Virus record (IMG/VR): IMGVR_UViG_3300050509_000509
Coordinates: 1 to 64,000 of that record
From: a virus
Lineage: Duplodnaviria; Caudoviricetes
DNA length: 64,000 nucleotides
Strand: one strand, 5' to 3'
Below the pieces are notes generated by a model that was given only the letters and a program-made list of their open reading frames with translations, had not been told where the DNA came from and searched no databases. The translations under genes were made by a program, and so were the position numbers. Within the stretch, counting starts at the first letter, position 1. Each line of letters begins with the position of its first letter. Shown piece after piece: positions 48,201-57,897 of the stretch.

Positions 48201-50540
48201 GGGATATACAGCATTCACATCATTGATGATAGCATCACCATTTACTGATCCGCCTTGTTTGTAAAGAAGCCATTGCTCCAGCAGATCTGAATTGGGGTAG
48301 CTGGCACCTACCATCCTGATATCAGCCCCACCATTCACATTACCTCCCTGCTCATATCGCTTAGGGTAGAAGTTGCTCATGTTGTCAGGAATGATCATTC
48401 CTTCTGCGCCTTTGCGCTTTCTGGCCATCTTTTTTAGTGTCTTTGCCAAAGCTTTCCTCCTTGGTGTGCACGTTTTTTTAGTCATTGGCGTACAGTAACC
48501 CTTGTGCTTGGGGTTGATAGCCTTCTGGATCCAGCCGCCGTCCTTCATTTTTGGCTGCTGGACATAGGGCTGTACCGTATCTACCATATTACGAATATCC
48601 TGGTTATTCCTGAGTATTTCATCTCTGAGAGAGAGAACGGTTTTTCCATAAGCAGGATTTTTCTTCAGATCCAGGGGTTGTTTCGCTGAAACAGGGATTT
48701 CATAGAATGCACGGCTGGTCCCTTTATGATACTCCTTTTCTGTATCAGGTGTTAATACCCCCAGTCCATTATAGGTCTGAAGGCGGTAAGCGTCCGTAGC
48801 AGGAATCACCCCTTTTCGAGCAAGAGTTTTGGCATAGGTATTCTTGTCTTTTAAAGCTATACTTAGTAGGTAGGGTTCTATATCCTCATTTCTCATCTGC
48901 TTGAAAGTCTCCCAATTTGGCTCGATATATTCCTTACTCCTGACATGCCCAAGATTGTCATCGGTGGTTCCCAACTCACTTTCCTGCATCGCTACTGCAA
49001 GTGCATCATATGGATCAACTCCTTGAGCTTTCGCATGAGCAATGATCTTTTGTATAATGGCCTGGGGGGCATCAATAGTTTTAGCTGATTTGTTTTTGAA
49101 TGGTTTGCCGGTAGCAGGATTGATTTTTCTTTTATCATCCAGATGAATACTCTTCACCGTGTCCTTTGGCAGATACAAATTCAGTATGCCATGTTCCCTC
49201 GAACGGTTATCGAGCACACCCCCCTCCTGCATTGCACGATAACCTGCTGCGGTAGCACTATCCTCTCTTTCCTCAGAGGAAATAGGTGAAATAGCTCCTG
49301 CATCCATGAAATCTCTCCAGGCTTTCTTATCCTTGAAATATATACTACGTTGTTTGCCCGGCGCATTCTCATCTCTGACAGTAACAGAATATTTGGTAGG
49401 CTTTTGAGATAGATCCGACAGTTTTCCCGATGGTGATATTCTACTTGTGGTAGTCATATCTGTACCTCTTACTCTGGAGGATTTAAGGTTCGGTAACTCT
49501 TGTTGTGGCTCACCATATCTTTGTATTCTAATCTCCTTTTCCTTTGGACTAAGCATATCCCAAGGTTTAACTGCTACGGGATCATATTCGTATATTTTAA
49601 CACTATCGCTAAAAAGACCTGATCCAGGATCAATATTATTATAGACCTTTAAATATTGTGGATTAATTCTTCTATCATATAAAGGAGCAGGAGAATTCAA
49701 ATCTAATATACCATCATACGCTTCTCTCTGAGTAAATTGGTTATTATCAACTTTTTTATAAAAATCGTCTATTGTGAAATTTTTGTCATTCCATTCTCCT
49801 TGTTGAACAGACCTTGAAGTTACAGGATAGTTTCTATCAAGAAGTTTGTTTTCCATATTTTCTCTAACTCCTGCAAGATTAGAAAATATGTTATTTTTAA
49901 CTTTAAATTCGTCTTGTTTTTTATAATTTTTGGAATTGTAATATTTCTCAATTTCCATCGCTCTTCTATATAACTTTAAACTATCTTGTCGAGTGGCCTG
50001 ACCACCTGCCTGTGCGCTGGGTGTATTACCATCATCCTTGATATATCCACCATATTCAGCAATAGCCTGCGATCCTGTACCATATAGGTCGGGGTTATAA
50101 CCCATCTGGGGCTGTGCTGGCGTGTATTTAGGATACCAGTCAGGAAGTATTGCATCAAATGCTGCAAGGCCCAATAGTGTTGCCTGACCAGGATTAAGTC
50201 CTTTCTTTCTCAGAGAGGCTGCAGGTTGCTGTGGCTGTGTTACGGGCTTTTTAGGAGCAGGTCCCCCCATAGGATCCCAGGTAGCTGTGCTGGTCATATC
50301 ACCAGTAGGCTGAAAAGGTGTTATACCCTTGATATTATCAAAGGCATTCATAGGAGGCTGCTGGGGAGGCTGGAGCATATTCTCCAGCTTCTTGAAATAG
50401 TCATCTGGCATGCTATTCAATGTGATTGGAGGGGCCCCTGTTTCGCCCATTCGCTTCCCCATCTGGGCTTTTTTCATCTTCTTGCCTGCCTTGGCTTTAG
50501 GAAGGCTGCTGAAGAGTAGCTGCTTCGGTTTTACCTTCAT
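45210..50540 (-). CDS. Modular virion cargo protein (1776 aa) with lysozyme-like domains
   Basis: ALAVAMQESELG (SLT-like Glu) and DRNNNPGNIK motifs; GASHDNGG..VEVEGGE; many xxxGG-delimited modules. Confidence 0.65.
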   Translation of the reverse strand: MKVKPKQLLFSSLPKAKAGKKMKKAQMGKRMGETGAPPITLNSMPDDYFKKLENMLQPPQQPPMNAFDNIKGITPFQPTGDMTSTATWDPMGGPAPKKPVTQPQQPAASLRKKGLNPGQATLLGLAAFDAILPDWYPKYTPAQPQMGYNPDLYGTGSQAIAEYGGYIKDDGNTPSAQAGGQATRQDSLKLYRRAMEIEKYYNSKNYKKQDEFKVKNNIFSNLAGVRENMENKLLDRNYPVTSRSVQQGEWNDKNFTIDDFYKKVDNNQFTQREAYDGILDLNSPAPLYDRRINPQYLKVYNNIDPGSGLFSDSVKIYEYDPVAVKPWDMLSPKEKEIRIQRYGEPQQELPNLKSSRVRGTDMTTTSRISPSGKLSDLSQKPTKYSVTVRDENAPGKQRSIYFKDKKAWRDFMDAGAISPISSEEREDSATAAGYRAMQEGGVLDNRSREHGILNLYLPKDTVKSIHLDDKRKINPATGKPFKNKSAKTIDAPQAIIQKIIAHAKAQGVDPYDALAVAMQESELGTTDDNLGHVRSKEYIEPNWETFKQMRNEDIEPYLLSIALKDKNTYAKTLARKGVIPATDAYRLQTYNGLGVLTPDTEKEYHKGTSRAFYEIPVSAKQPLDLKKNPAYGKTVLSLRDEILRNNQDIRNMVDTVQPYVQQPKMKDGGWIQKAINPKHKGYCTPMTKKTCTPRRKALAKTLKKMARKRKGAEGMIIPDNMSNFYPKRYEQGGNVNGGADIRMVGASYPNSDLLEQWLLYKQGGSVNGDAIINDVNAVYPNADLMEQWLLYKDGGQVNWTGKEFREVPARYPNTDLLEQWIQYKEGGQVNWNGREFREVGPRYPNTDLFEQWLQYQQGGPINNTGYLDGSATANNPYNIIPGGNITMQGVSQPIMARPIQKGSLGEEMMMMPGQDYNFNADGVMEYPMARAGLSAAKAKEMLRDGTASGKKLTKKQKQYFGMVAAGKAQMGTQVNNTAPGAPQLSAQEKYYQASARLGHFKNILNDKLKAKNPQGFKDYFTGLTGLRRTGDMAGAEKYVQDTPFDDYLTPAEVQSTLNPEDYNEYVGALQDVNSYNVQQGRQPLYGTKEGENDVRNLNYGRRFASLQLTPSVGVSNTEGTKSYGREYKYDPKTRQVSFSERGDLAMRPSYLSAPTPPIAGATASLKKGGVIYDDGGQIGTMWGGNSKLASYNPYDGGTVEFQGASHDNGGIGMHYNGTPVEVEGGEYAAQDTEGNLNIFGNMYLPGTRTKFKTVAKEIAKKEQHYDRLKTSGSKYVNEANPSNKFEKLKFNSGMVMMQGGELGQRDLAQKKESLSALQKAMLDTADEFGLDAEKLSAGRMAKAKKGKKVKGKGYYQAGGAINDPTMADRNNNPGNIKWGKFAKKMGAIKGPPADDGGNFAVFPNKEAGDKAMRTLLKSSEYKNLPIDKAIHKWTGKHPYKYDLSALSNAKVGDLSPAEFELMVGTMKQGEGTRYGPGAKTPSVAPPFTPYDLPNVPGFTPGAQRPRPGTVEPPYDPLNPPDDVNLPSNVEPLHINQLLGEIYAAATNSVEPVPTQRYEPQLYQPYQVSFQDRLNANQNSFNALRRAVGAQNPSSLGELAAQKYAADTNVKGEEFRTNQAIASDVTNKNVALLNDANLKNLALADTQMVRQSQARSNTRATNQMIVNSLSSKYMQNRYENKRLAAYENLYDYRFVPQEDGGLKATYFGPNALFNFSGNRAANQTPDLRTVTRYDAQGNVKGYTEYDDFDLREMQRALDLEMKRRNLPLMTVPPLNKK
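47964..48300 (-). repeat. Four tandem ~32-aa repeats YPNxDLxEQWxxYxxGG
   Basis: YPNSDLLEQWLLYKQGG / YPNADLMEQWLLYKDGG / YPNTDLLEQWIQYKEGG / YPNTDLFEQWLQYQQGG. Confidence 0.9.
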
Positions 50541-50545
50541 TGGTA

Positions 50546-53500
50546 TTACTTGTAAGAGATCATAGTCTCTGTTAAAATGAATTGAGATGTAAGTCGTACA
50601 TCTGACCTGTTATCAAGAATATGCCTTATCCGACAGTCCTTTGCTCTCAATGGATATTTCCTGAAACTGCGCACAGAATAATCCATATTGTCGTCATTAA
50701 GCACTTTGTCATCTGATAGGTTCTCGCATTGTGTCAGCCAGATAGGTTCTCCATAATCACGCACCACATCCCATAACCCATTGTAATTGTAGAAGTTATC
50801 TGACTTTACTACCAGGATATCTACCCCATTACCGTTAATGCGCGGATATTGCAGATAAGATAATAAATTATTCTTGGGTTTGAATATCAGATTTCTCATC
50901 CCTGTACATTGCTGATCGTTCGATATAATTGCCTTATTAAAGTATATATCATTGGTCTGCACAAAGCTTTGTGCATTTGTTATCCTGTTGACTTTAGTAT
51001 AATCTTTCACACTCTGCAGGATTTCATCTTGCGCGTTATAATGAAATGGGTAGTCCAATATATAAGCATGTATATCGCCATAAAAGTTATTGAAACCAGT
51101 GTCTGTGGTATCATGTAACCATACAGAATTTCCATTCGGATTGTTGCTATAGAATCTGCTTATATCCTGGATATAGAAATTTGGTAGGTAACTATGGAAA
51201 GAAACCCACATCTTCATCGGGATCCAGTAGGAAAGAGTGAAGCTGGTACTGCAGAACATCGTTGGATCAGTAAGCGATACTTCTGCCCCATTCAGAGTAA
51301 ATATGTCCAGTTCACTATCGTAAACAATGGCACTGTTGAGTGGTCTATAATCCAGTTTCGTGATAATGATTCTGTCGTAGTAATTGTCGTATACACCATG
51401 CAGACCTATGCCTTTAAAATGATTATCTATACTATAATTCGGGAATGCCTTCTGTATCTGGAAAGGTAGGTTGTTGGTCAGAAACTTGCTCACACCCTCA
51501 TTTCCGATATTCTCCAGACTCTGTCCGCCTATCATAAATACCTGTCCACGCTTGGCATCAATAGTGAAGTGCCCATATTCCGTTTTGAGCAGGAATTTAT
51601 GTTGTGTGCCAGCGTATCCTGTATCCGTCTCAGCGAAGTCCACAGGTGGAACATTGCTGTTGAACAGAGATTGTCCAAGATAAACATCTCCTATAGACGA
51701 AGCTGCAGTCAATAATGCATTGTACAACTGCATTTTGTTCTCAAAACGTGCAAGTACCTGCCTTGTCTCCAGCCCATCCAGAGAGATTAGTCGTCCATAG
51801 TTCAATGGAAAGTCGAAGAACGCAGCTGGTCTATATATGAGCCAGTTGTTCCTGAAGTAGTTTACTACGTCTGACTGCCTCTCAGAGAAGATTGCTTTGT
51901 TAGGGAACATATGTCTGCAATCCTCACCAGGAACAAAATCAACGGGAAGTGTGCTGAATACATTTTCTGTGTTTTGCTTTGAAAAAGTCTTGTTGTATGT
52001 ATAGGTATTGTCCTGAACGATAGGAACAAATGACTCCTGTAACCAGTCATCAGGGACATCTGTACCTACATGTGGATAGAAATCTCCTTCACGCGCATTA
52101 GTTGCCTGCCTGTAATCCACATTCACCTGGCTTTCCACATAGAAGTTTACTATACCATAAGCGAATAGGTAGATCTTACCTGCATCATAGAAGAAAGCAC
52201 TGTTTTCACAATCAAAGTTGTTTACTTTGACACCAAACAGGCTTCCTATGCCAAATCCTCCACCATCTCCACGCCTGATATCTGTAGAGAACCAGTACCT
52301 GGGAAACCCGATGTTTCCGAGCTCATCATAGAAGACATCACTTTCATCCGGGAAACCAACCCTATTGTCAATAAAGAAGGGTATTTTTCTCTTGAATGCG
52401 AATTTGTTAATGAAGGTATCTCCGCCAAATACATCTTTGAAATGGGGACCTGTGAAGTCGGCAGATACATCTATAAGGAACTGATATCCTGTGTCAATGG
52501 CATCATACGAATAAATCTGGCCGTATTGATCTGGGGAAGGAACCTTGATAGAACCGTAATAAGATGATATATCACGGTTGTAAAACCTATTTTGGCATCC
52601 TACTTCTCCGAGAGTGAAGCGTGAATTATCCTGGGGAATACCAGGTATGGAATCGGGGTAGGGTAAAGGAGCAGTTGTCCTTAGGTAAACTGAGGATTCA
52701 CGCTGATAATTATTTACAATGTTCTCATCCCCTACACCCTGCAGACCAGGTGCCAAATATGCTGCAATATCTAATCTGCGGATTTTGTTGCCTGTATCAT
52801 TAGGCAAAGTGGTAGTTTCTGTATAGTTACCTACCGAATTGAACTGGTAGGCCATATTCTTTTTGGGCAACAATTTGAAGATGATATCTTCCAGTATGGT
52901 AAATGCAGTGAATGCCGCTGCTCCATCAAAAGGTTGGTTGGACACACCATACATACCTGATGCAAATCCTATAGCTATACCTACTGCCAGTGCAGTAAGG
53001 TATGATTCCAGTGAAGGAAATCTATACTTGGAGTGATCCTTTACCTGCACAAAATGCGAACGTGTACTGCCGTATTCTACTGTTTCTATTTTGAGCACAG
53101 TACCCAGGAACGGCTGAAAGAATGATGTATCGGGGCTATGGAAGGTATACCGCATCCCACTGGCCGTCTCAGAGAAGCCATCAAGAAGATGGCTGCCTAC
53201 CGGAAGGCGTGGGGCAGCCACATAGGTTACTTCTGCACTGTTGCCAGTTATTTCACCATCTACAGCAGTACCAGGAGTTGGGAAATCATATACTTGTGCT
53301 GTTAGTACCAGTGTATGATCAATGGAAAAATCCACACCATTGACAAAGCTGTCAAACGATACAAATCTTGGAACTCCGCCCAGAATTTGCAACGTCGTAT
53401 GTGTATCTATACGTGAAGAGTTAGTGCGCTTTAAATTAGTAACCAGTATCCAGGAATTTGTGTTGTCTACTGTCAGTTGTCCTGTGTCGTATATCACTGT

Positions 53501-55453
53501 CGAATCGAAGTACACACGAAGACGCTTCTTCGTAGTGGTACCACCAAATGTTCCTCTATAAGTACCTACCACCTTATCATTATCGACGGTAAGTGTATCT
53601 AATGGAATAGTTCCTTCGTATAGGATTGTCTCAGATATACCAACACTCTGAGAAGATTCAAATGAACCAAAGAGCTGCTGACTCAACATTCCAGTAGCCG
53701 AATTACTGATAAAAGGATCCGGCCTCAGATCATTGAAGGGGTAATTGGGATAGAAATATTCAGTTCCTTCTTTTGCATATTGTCCGACATTGAAAAGCAA
53801 TCCTTTTGCAATAACGGACTTTGCATTAGCACGATTGGCCCTTACTACTTTCACCGCAGCAATATTGTTCTTCTGATCTTCGGTTAGATTAGACGACCTG
53901 ATAGCCTCATAAAGAGTTTGCATATCAATACGTAGACCCAATGGATATACATTCCCTCCATCATCGTGATGATTAGTAATTGCGTTATCAGGATACTTGA
54001 AATGGCGAATGGGTCGTCCCTGGAGATCTCCCCATACCGGCTCATTGCAGGGGTATGTCTCAGTAGATTGCCAGAAGGAGAACTCACCAAACTGGTAAGG
54101 ACCCTGATAGCATGGATCGTCCGGATCATATGCAGGATCTATACCTGTAACACTGGCTGTATTGTATACTTCCCAACGCTGTTTAGGCTCAGGTTCTTCA
54201 CAAACATTTCCGTCCTGTACTACATCTGCATTATCCACAATTACCAGATCTGAGGCAAGTGGTGCTCTTCCAACCAATGGGAATCTATCTGTCTGGTGAC
54301 CATTTCTCAGGATGAACACAAGATCATAAGCATATACTTCATCTCTCATATATCCTCTGAGACCGGCTGCATTCAGTTCGTTTTTATATTGTTCCTGATC
54401 TGGCGGCAACTTCCAGCTTACCCATTGCAGTTTTACTTTACTGGCAATATCCTGGTAGTTGAGCCGCTCGGTTGTAGTCATGCCTTTGAATACCAGTATA
54501 TCATTCACTGTAGTAAGGTCATCTGCTGTATCGTAGGAAGGAAAGCGTTCGAAAATATCGTTTATACTAAGTGTTATACCTGCTTTCGACTGACCTGTGT
54601 ATACGATGTTCTGTACAGGACCTTGTATAGGAAATGTCCCAACCAGATCAACAGATGGAATACTGTTGATTGTTTTGATCACTGCTATGTTGAAGAACTC
54701 GTATAAACCTGTTGTATCAATATTGCTGATGAGAAGTTCTATAGATTTACCTACTTGGTAATTGAAATCAGGAGTAACTTTCAGCGGATCGAATATAGGT
54801 AATGGATTAGTGATAGAATAATACGATGTATATGGATCTCCCAATGAGCTTGCATACTGAAATGCGAACTGATAACTGCCAGCAGTGAGAGTACCATCCG
54901 ATTCCACATCCGTATAGCTTACCTGAGGAATAAAGAACTCAGGCATCACACGCATTTTATTACAATCTATCTCCGCAGAAGTATTATTCTCACAACCTTC
55001 CAACCTTTCAACGAATGGAAGATTATCCAAATCTATATAGCGCATAGGATTAAATCCATCTGTCCAATAGATTTCAGTAGAACAGTTTGTAATCTTGTGA
55101 ACTGCCTTCATGATCGGATAGTTCAGATTGAAGTTCAAGCAGTCCGCATTGATCACTGTTGAGTAGGTACAATCAATAACTCTACCTATCTCAGAGAGGG
55201 ATGAGGTAGGATTGGCGAGGAAAAGGATTTTGATGTTCTTCTCAACTATATTATGTGTGCCGATTACTCTATATCCATCAGGAATATCAAAGCAGAACGA
55301 ATTCTGAGTTTCATTCTGGTAAGTAATAGCATTGCCATCAAAAGCCGATATCATTGCATTCTTGGCATAGGCCAGCTGACCAGGCTTGATCTGGGCAGTG
55401 ATTGAATCCAGGTTCAAACCCAGATAGGCATTGTTAGGTCTTATTTGACTCAT
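50546..55453 (-). CDS. Tail stabilization/muzzle protein (crAss-type, P22 gp10-like position)
   Basis: 1635 aa beta-rich; YWTDG.NP.R, GYMRDEVY, GGDTFI, WVSFHSYLP; sits between ring genes and cargo genes. Confidence 0.7.
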   Translation of the reverse strand: MSQIRPNNAYLGLNLDSITAQIKPGQLAYAKNAMISAFDGNAITYQNETQNSFCFDIPDGYRVIGTHNIVEKNIKILFLANPTSSLSEIGRVIDCTYSTVINADCLNFNLNYPIMKAVHKITNCSTEIYWTDGFNPMRYIDLDNLPFVERLEGCENNTSAEIDCNKMRVMPEFFIPQVSYTDVESDGTLTAGSYQFAFQYASSLGDPYTSYYSITNPLPIFDPLKVTPDFNYQVGKSIELLISNIDTTGLYEFFNIAVIKTINSIPSVDLVGTFPIQGPVQNIVYTGQSKAGITLSINDIFERFPSYDTADDLTTVNDILVFKGMTTTERLNYQDIASKVKLQWVSWKLPPDQEQYKNELNAAGLRGYMRDEVYAYDLVFILRNGHQTDRFPLVGRAPLASDLVIVDNADVVQDGNVCEEPEPKQRWEVYNTASVTGIDPAYDPDDPCYQGPYQFGEFSFWQSTETYPCNEPVWGDLQGRPIRHFKYPDNAITNHHDDGGNVYPLGLRIDMQTLYEAIRSSNLTEDQKNNIAAVKVVRANRANAKSVIAKGLLFNVGQYAKEGTEYFYPNYPFNDLRPDPFISNSATGMLSQQLFGSFESSQSVGISETILYEGTIPLDTLTVDNDKVVGTYRGTFGGTTTKKRLRVYFDSTVIYDTGQLTVDNTNSWILVTNLKRTNSSRIDTHTTLQILGGVPRFVSFDSFVNGVDFSIDHTLVLTAQVYDFPTPGTAVDGEITGNSAEVTYVAAPRLPVGSHLLDGFSETASGMRYTFHSPDTSFFQPFLGTVLKIETVEYGSTRSHFVQVKDHSKYRFPSLESYLTALAVGIAIGFASGMYGVSNQPFDGAAAFTAFTILEDIIFKLLPKKNMAYQFNSVGNYTETTTLPNDTGNKIRRLDIAAYLAPGLQGVGDENIVNNYQRESSVYLRTTAPLPYPDSIPGIPQDNSRFTLGEVGCQNRFYNRDISSYYGSIKVPSPDQYGQIYSYDAIDTGYQFLIDVSADFTGPHFKDVFGGDTFINKFAFKRKIPFFIDNRVGFPDESDVFYDELGNIGFPRYWFSTDIRRGDGGGFGIGSLFGVKVNNFDCENSAFFYDAGKIYLFAYGIVNFYVESQVNVDYRQATNAREGDFYPHVGTDVPDDWLQESFVPIVQDNTYTYNKTFSKQNTENVFSTLPVDFVPGEDCRHMFPNKAIFSERQSDVVNYFRNNWLIYRPAAFFDFPLNYGRLISLDGLETRQVLARFENKMQLYNALLTAASSIGDVYLGQSLFNSNVPPVDFAETDTGYAGTQHKFLLKTEYGHFTIDAKRGQVFMIGGQSLENIGNEGVSKFLTNNLPFQIQKAFPNYSIDNHFKGIGLHGVYDNYYDRIIITKLDYRPLNSAIVYDSELDIFTLNGAEVSLTDPTMFCSTSFTLSYWIPMKMWVSFHSYLPNFYIQDISRFYSNNPNGNSVWLHDTTDTGFNNFYGDIHAYILDYPFHYNAQDEILQSVKDYTKVNRITNAQSFVQTNDIYFNKAIISNDQQCTGMRNLIFKPKNNLLSYLQYPRINGNGVDILVVKSDNFYNYNGLWDVVRDYGEPIWLTQCENLSDDKVLNDDNMDYSVRSFRKYPLRAKDCRIRHILDNRSDVRLTSQFILTETMISYK

Positions 55454-56382
55454 AATCTATCATTATACCCCCAGCTACTGGAAGGCCAACCAGTTGCGCC
55501 TCTCCATCTCCACGCATTCCCATACATCATTCTTTCATAAGGATTGAACCTGTTCTGATCCCTGCGAATACCGTATGCCTTACGATAGATGGTTTCTTTT
55601 TTAATTTCAGTATCTGCTATAATATAGGCTTCATCAGCCATTTGCTTATACATCTGATATTTGAGCTGCATCTGGTTGAAAGTCTCATCAGTGATTTGGT
55701 TGGATAACATTTCAAAGACTTTCTGCTTAATGAATGCCTCAATGAATTCCTGTATCCTGTAGTTGTCAGGTATCATTGGACATCCTGCCGCATCCACGTT
55801 CTGACCATAATATACCAGGTATATATCTCCGAGCCTGAAATTTGTCACGAATTTCCCATCCCTGATATCAAATACATCCGGGCAGTTTGCACCATAGTTC
55901 AGACAAGGAAGATCACAGTGTTCTCTTGCTGCGATGTTGCCTGGTCTGAGCAGATATTTAAGACTTACAGGGAAGGCTATATTAGTCGTTGTTTTAGCAA
56001 CTACAGTTATAATATCCGGGTTGCATGGATCGCAGTTTACAACCGGATTACATGCATCATAGGGTTTATTCAATACTGTTGTGATCTGCTGATAAAAAGC
56101 ACCAGGCTTCCTCATCTCCAGTGGAAAGGAGGTGGCTGTTAACCAGGCTTCCCTCACCGCTATAAAATCAGGTGGCAACTTTGCCTCAAATGTGTCCATG
56201 AATAATAGAGTCTGCTGAATCGGTAAGGAAGATCTACCCAACTTCTGCAAGCACTTCTTAGTCCAAACTGGAAACATAAGATCATCTACAGCTCCTGTAT
56301 CAAAATAGCTTTTCAGTTCTTCCTTTACGCGAGCATAAAGGTTATCAGGAGATTCAAATTTGTATTGATAGTAATAAGACAT
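55450..56382 (-). CDS. Tail ring/tubular adaptor protein
   Basis: AKLPPDF and PMIPD motifs; synteny with the crAss tail module. Confidence 0.55.
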   Translation of the reverse strand: MSYYYQYKFESPDNLYARVKEELKSYFDTGAVDDLMFPVWTKKCLQKLGRSSLPIQQTLLFMDTFEAKLPPDFIAVREAWLTATSFPLEMRKPGAFYQQITTVLNKPYDACNPVVNCDPCNPDIITVVAKTTTNIAFPVSLKYLLRPGNIAAREHCDLPCLNYGANCPDVFDIRDGKFVTNFRLGDIYLVYYGQNVDAAGCPMIPDNYRIQEFIEAFIKQKVFEMLSNQITDETFNQMQLKYQMYKQMADEAYIIADTEIKKETIYRKAYGIRRDQNRFNPYERMMYGNAWRWRGATGWPSSSWGYNDRL

Positions 56383-56864
56383 TATCTACGTTTCCATTGT
56401 TTATAAATGTCGATGTACTTAGGATCATTTGCTACATTCCCTATTGCACGGGAAGTATCGCGAGCAGGCTTGAACACCCATATAGATGCCTGGGGTAGTT
56501 TTGATTCCTGCACAAACCAGTACCAGTGATATACATACCCGTTAGTGTGTAGATTCAAATGATACACACGCTTTCCAAGTGCTTTAGATCGGGCCCAGTC
56601 TATAGGTAGCATCATTCTTTCTACCCCATCCCGGCACTTAACCATTCTACGTGCTTTCTTCTTGGATACAGCCAAAGGTCCTATTCCCCACGGAAGTTTA
56701 ACCTTATCTCCTGTCGCAACCAGGTAATCTCTATAACCCAGATTGTAAGCTTTTAATACTGCCTTCCATTCTTTATAACCTATTGTCAGTTCTGGATGAC
56801 GTGCACAGAACTTCTCATATACACTTTTCGACGAGCACGAATAATCAACTCTTTGTCTTGGCAT
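56382..56864 (-). CDS. IHF/HU-like DNA-binding protein (crAss-type)
   Basis: GDKVKLPWGIGPLAV, IDWARSK, HLNLHTNGY, FKPAR; basic. Confidence 0.6.
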   Translation of the reverse strand: MPRQRVDYSCSSKSVYEKFCARHPELTIGYKEWKAVLKAYNLGYRDYLVATGDKVKLPWGIGPLAVSKKKARRMVKCRDGVERMMLPIDWARSKALGKRVYHLNLHTNGYVYHWYWFVQESKLPQASIWVFKPARDTSRAIGNVANDPKYIDIYKQWKRR

Positions 56865-56867
56865 ATC

Positions 56868-57563
56868 TTATTGTTTGTTTACCTGGTCATCCTTGTTATC
56901 ACTGGTGTGGTCTACCGGAATACGGAAATATGTTTTCAGAAGTGTATCGAGGGTATCCTTTACAACTGCCTCTTCCAAATAACCTGGGCATTTGAATTCA
57001 TCGTCGAGCGGATTAATACATGGATTTCTCCTGGTAGCTATGCACTCACACTCAGGATAAAGCAATTCATCTGGTATATCTTCCTCGAAATATGCCCATA
57101 TATTTACTATACGTACATAAGGAGATGAAACATACAGATATCTGTCATATACCCAGTAATATGTATCCTTTTTTGGCAATCCTAACTTTAACAAGTTGAT
57201 ATAGCGCGATAAGGTAACCTCTTTCAATCTCTGAGAGGTGTCCACAGAGAATACACCATGGATAAGCAGGCCATATATCCCATCAGATATCTTGGGTAGT
57301 CTGAACCTACTCCTTGCTATTTTCTGATCTGACTCATAATCACAACATTCGGCCATGGAAACTTCTTTCATCTCCACACATGGAATGTTGGTAAATATGG
57401 TAGATGTTTGCCAAAGCCTTCTGCGATCTGCTTGTTGCTTGATAAAAAGGATAGCTCGACTCTTCAATTCTGCCGCAATAACGCGATCTGTAATTGAATT
57501 GTCCGAATTCAATAGCTTGTCCAGTGATCTCACTCTTGATACAACTTGTCTGACTGTTGACAT
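56868..57563 (-). CDS. Tail ring protein
   Basis: 231 aa, YYWVYDRYLY, C..LDDEF.CP motif; synteny with the crAss tail module. Confidence 0.55.
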   Translation of the reverse strand: MSTVRQVVSRVRSLDKLLNSDNSITDRVIAAELKSRAILFIKQQADRRRLWQTSTIFTNIPCVEMKEVSMAECCDYESDQKIARSRFRLPKISDGIYGLLIHGVFSVDTSQRLKEVTLSRYINLLKLGLPKKDTYYWVYDRYLYVSSPYVRIVNIWAYFEEDIPDELLYPECECIATRRNPCINPLDDEFKCPGYLEEAVVKDTLDTLLKTYFRIPVDHTSDNKDDQVNKQ

Positions 57564-57590
57564 ACGCTTTCGAAATTACGATAATGTTTC

Positions 57591-57618
57591 AAAAAAGCCT
57601 ATCCAGTAATGGATAGGC
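57591..57618 (-). terminator. Intrinsic terminator (- strand)
   Basis: GCCTATCCA-4 nt-TGGATAGGC followed by T6 on the - strand. Confidence 0.8.
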
Positions 57619-57645
57619 CGACCCCTTAAACCAAGAAACCGAGGT

Positions 57646-57888
57646 CTATATCGCCTGAGCCGGAAAAATTACCGGCTCAGAAAAAATCCCTCCTGAACAG
57701 CTTGGGCAAAGTGTCGTTAGTTCAACTTCATAGTTGCCCAGTGCCAGCCCATCAAATGTGAATGGCGAATCATTGTAAGTAGGAAAAGTAGTCAGATATG
57801 TAAATGCAGCTGATGAGTTTTGGATCCTGTATCCTACTCTCATAGAAGCGCCGAAGGGTAGGCTATAGTTTATTTGTATAGATGCCAT
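57646..57888 (-). CDS. Small Fn3/Ig-like protein
   Basis: 80 aa; VGYR..FTY..GL..GNYEVEL Fn3-like pattern. Confidence 0.6.
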   Translation of the reverse strand: MASIQINYSLPFGASMRVGYRIQNSSAAFTYLTTFPTYNDSPFTFDGLALGNYEVELTTLCPSCSGGIFSEPVIFPAQAI

Positions 57889-57897
57889 AGTTTGCTT

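Noticed and set aside
47964-48300. CRISPR-like or DGR-like repeats
   Set aside because: Repeats are degenerate at synonymous positions, in frame and conserved at protein level; no cas or reverse transcriptase gene in the window.
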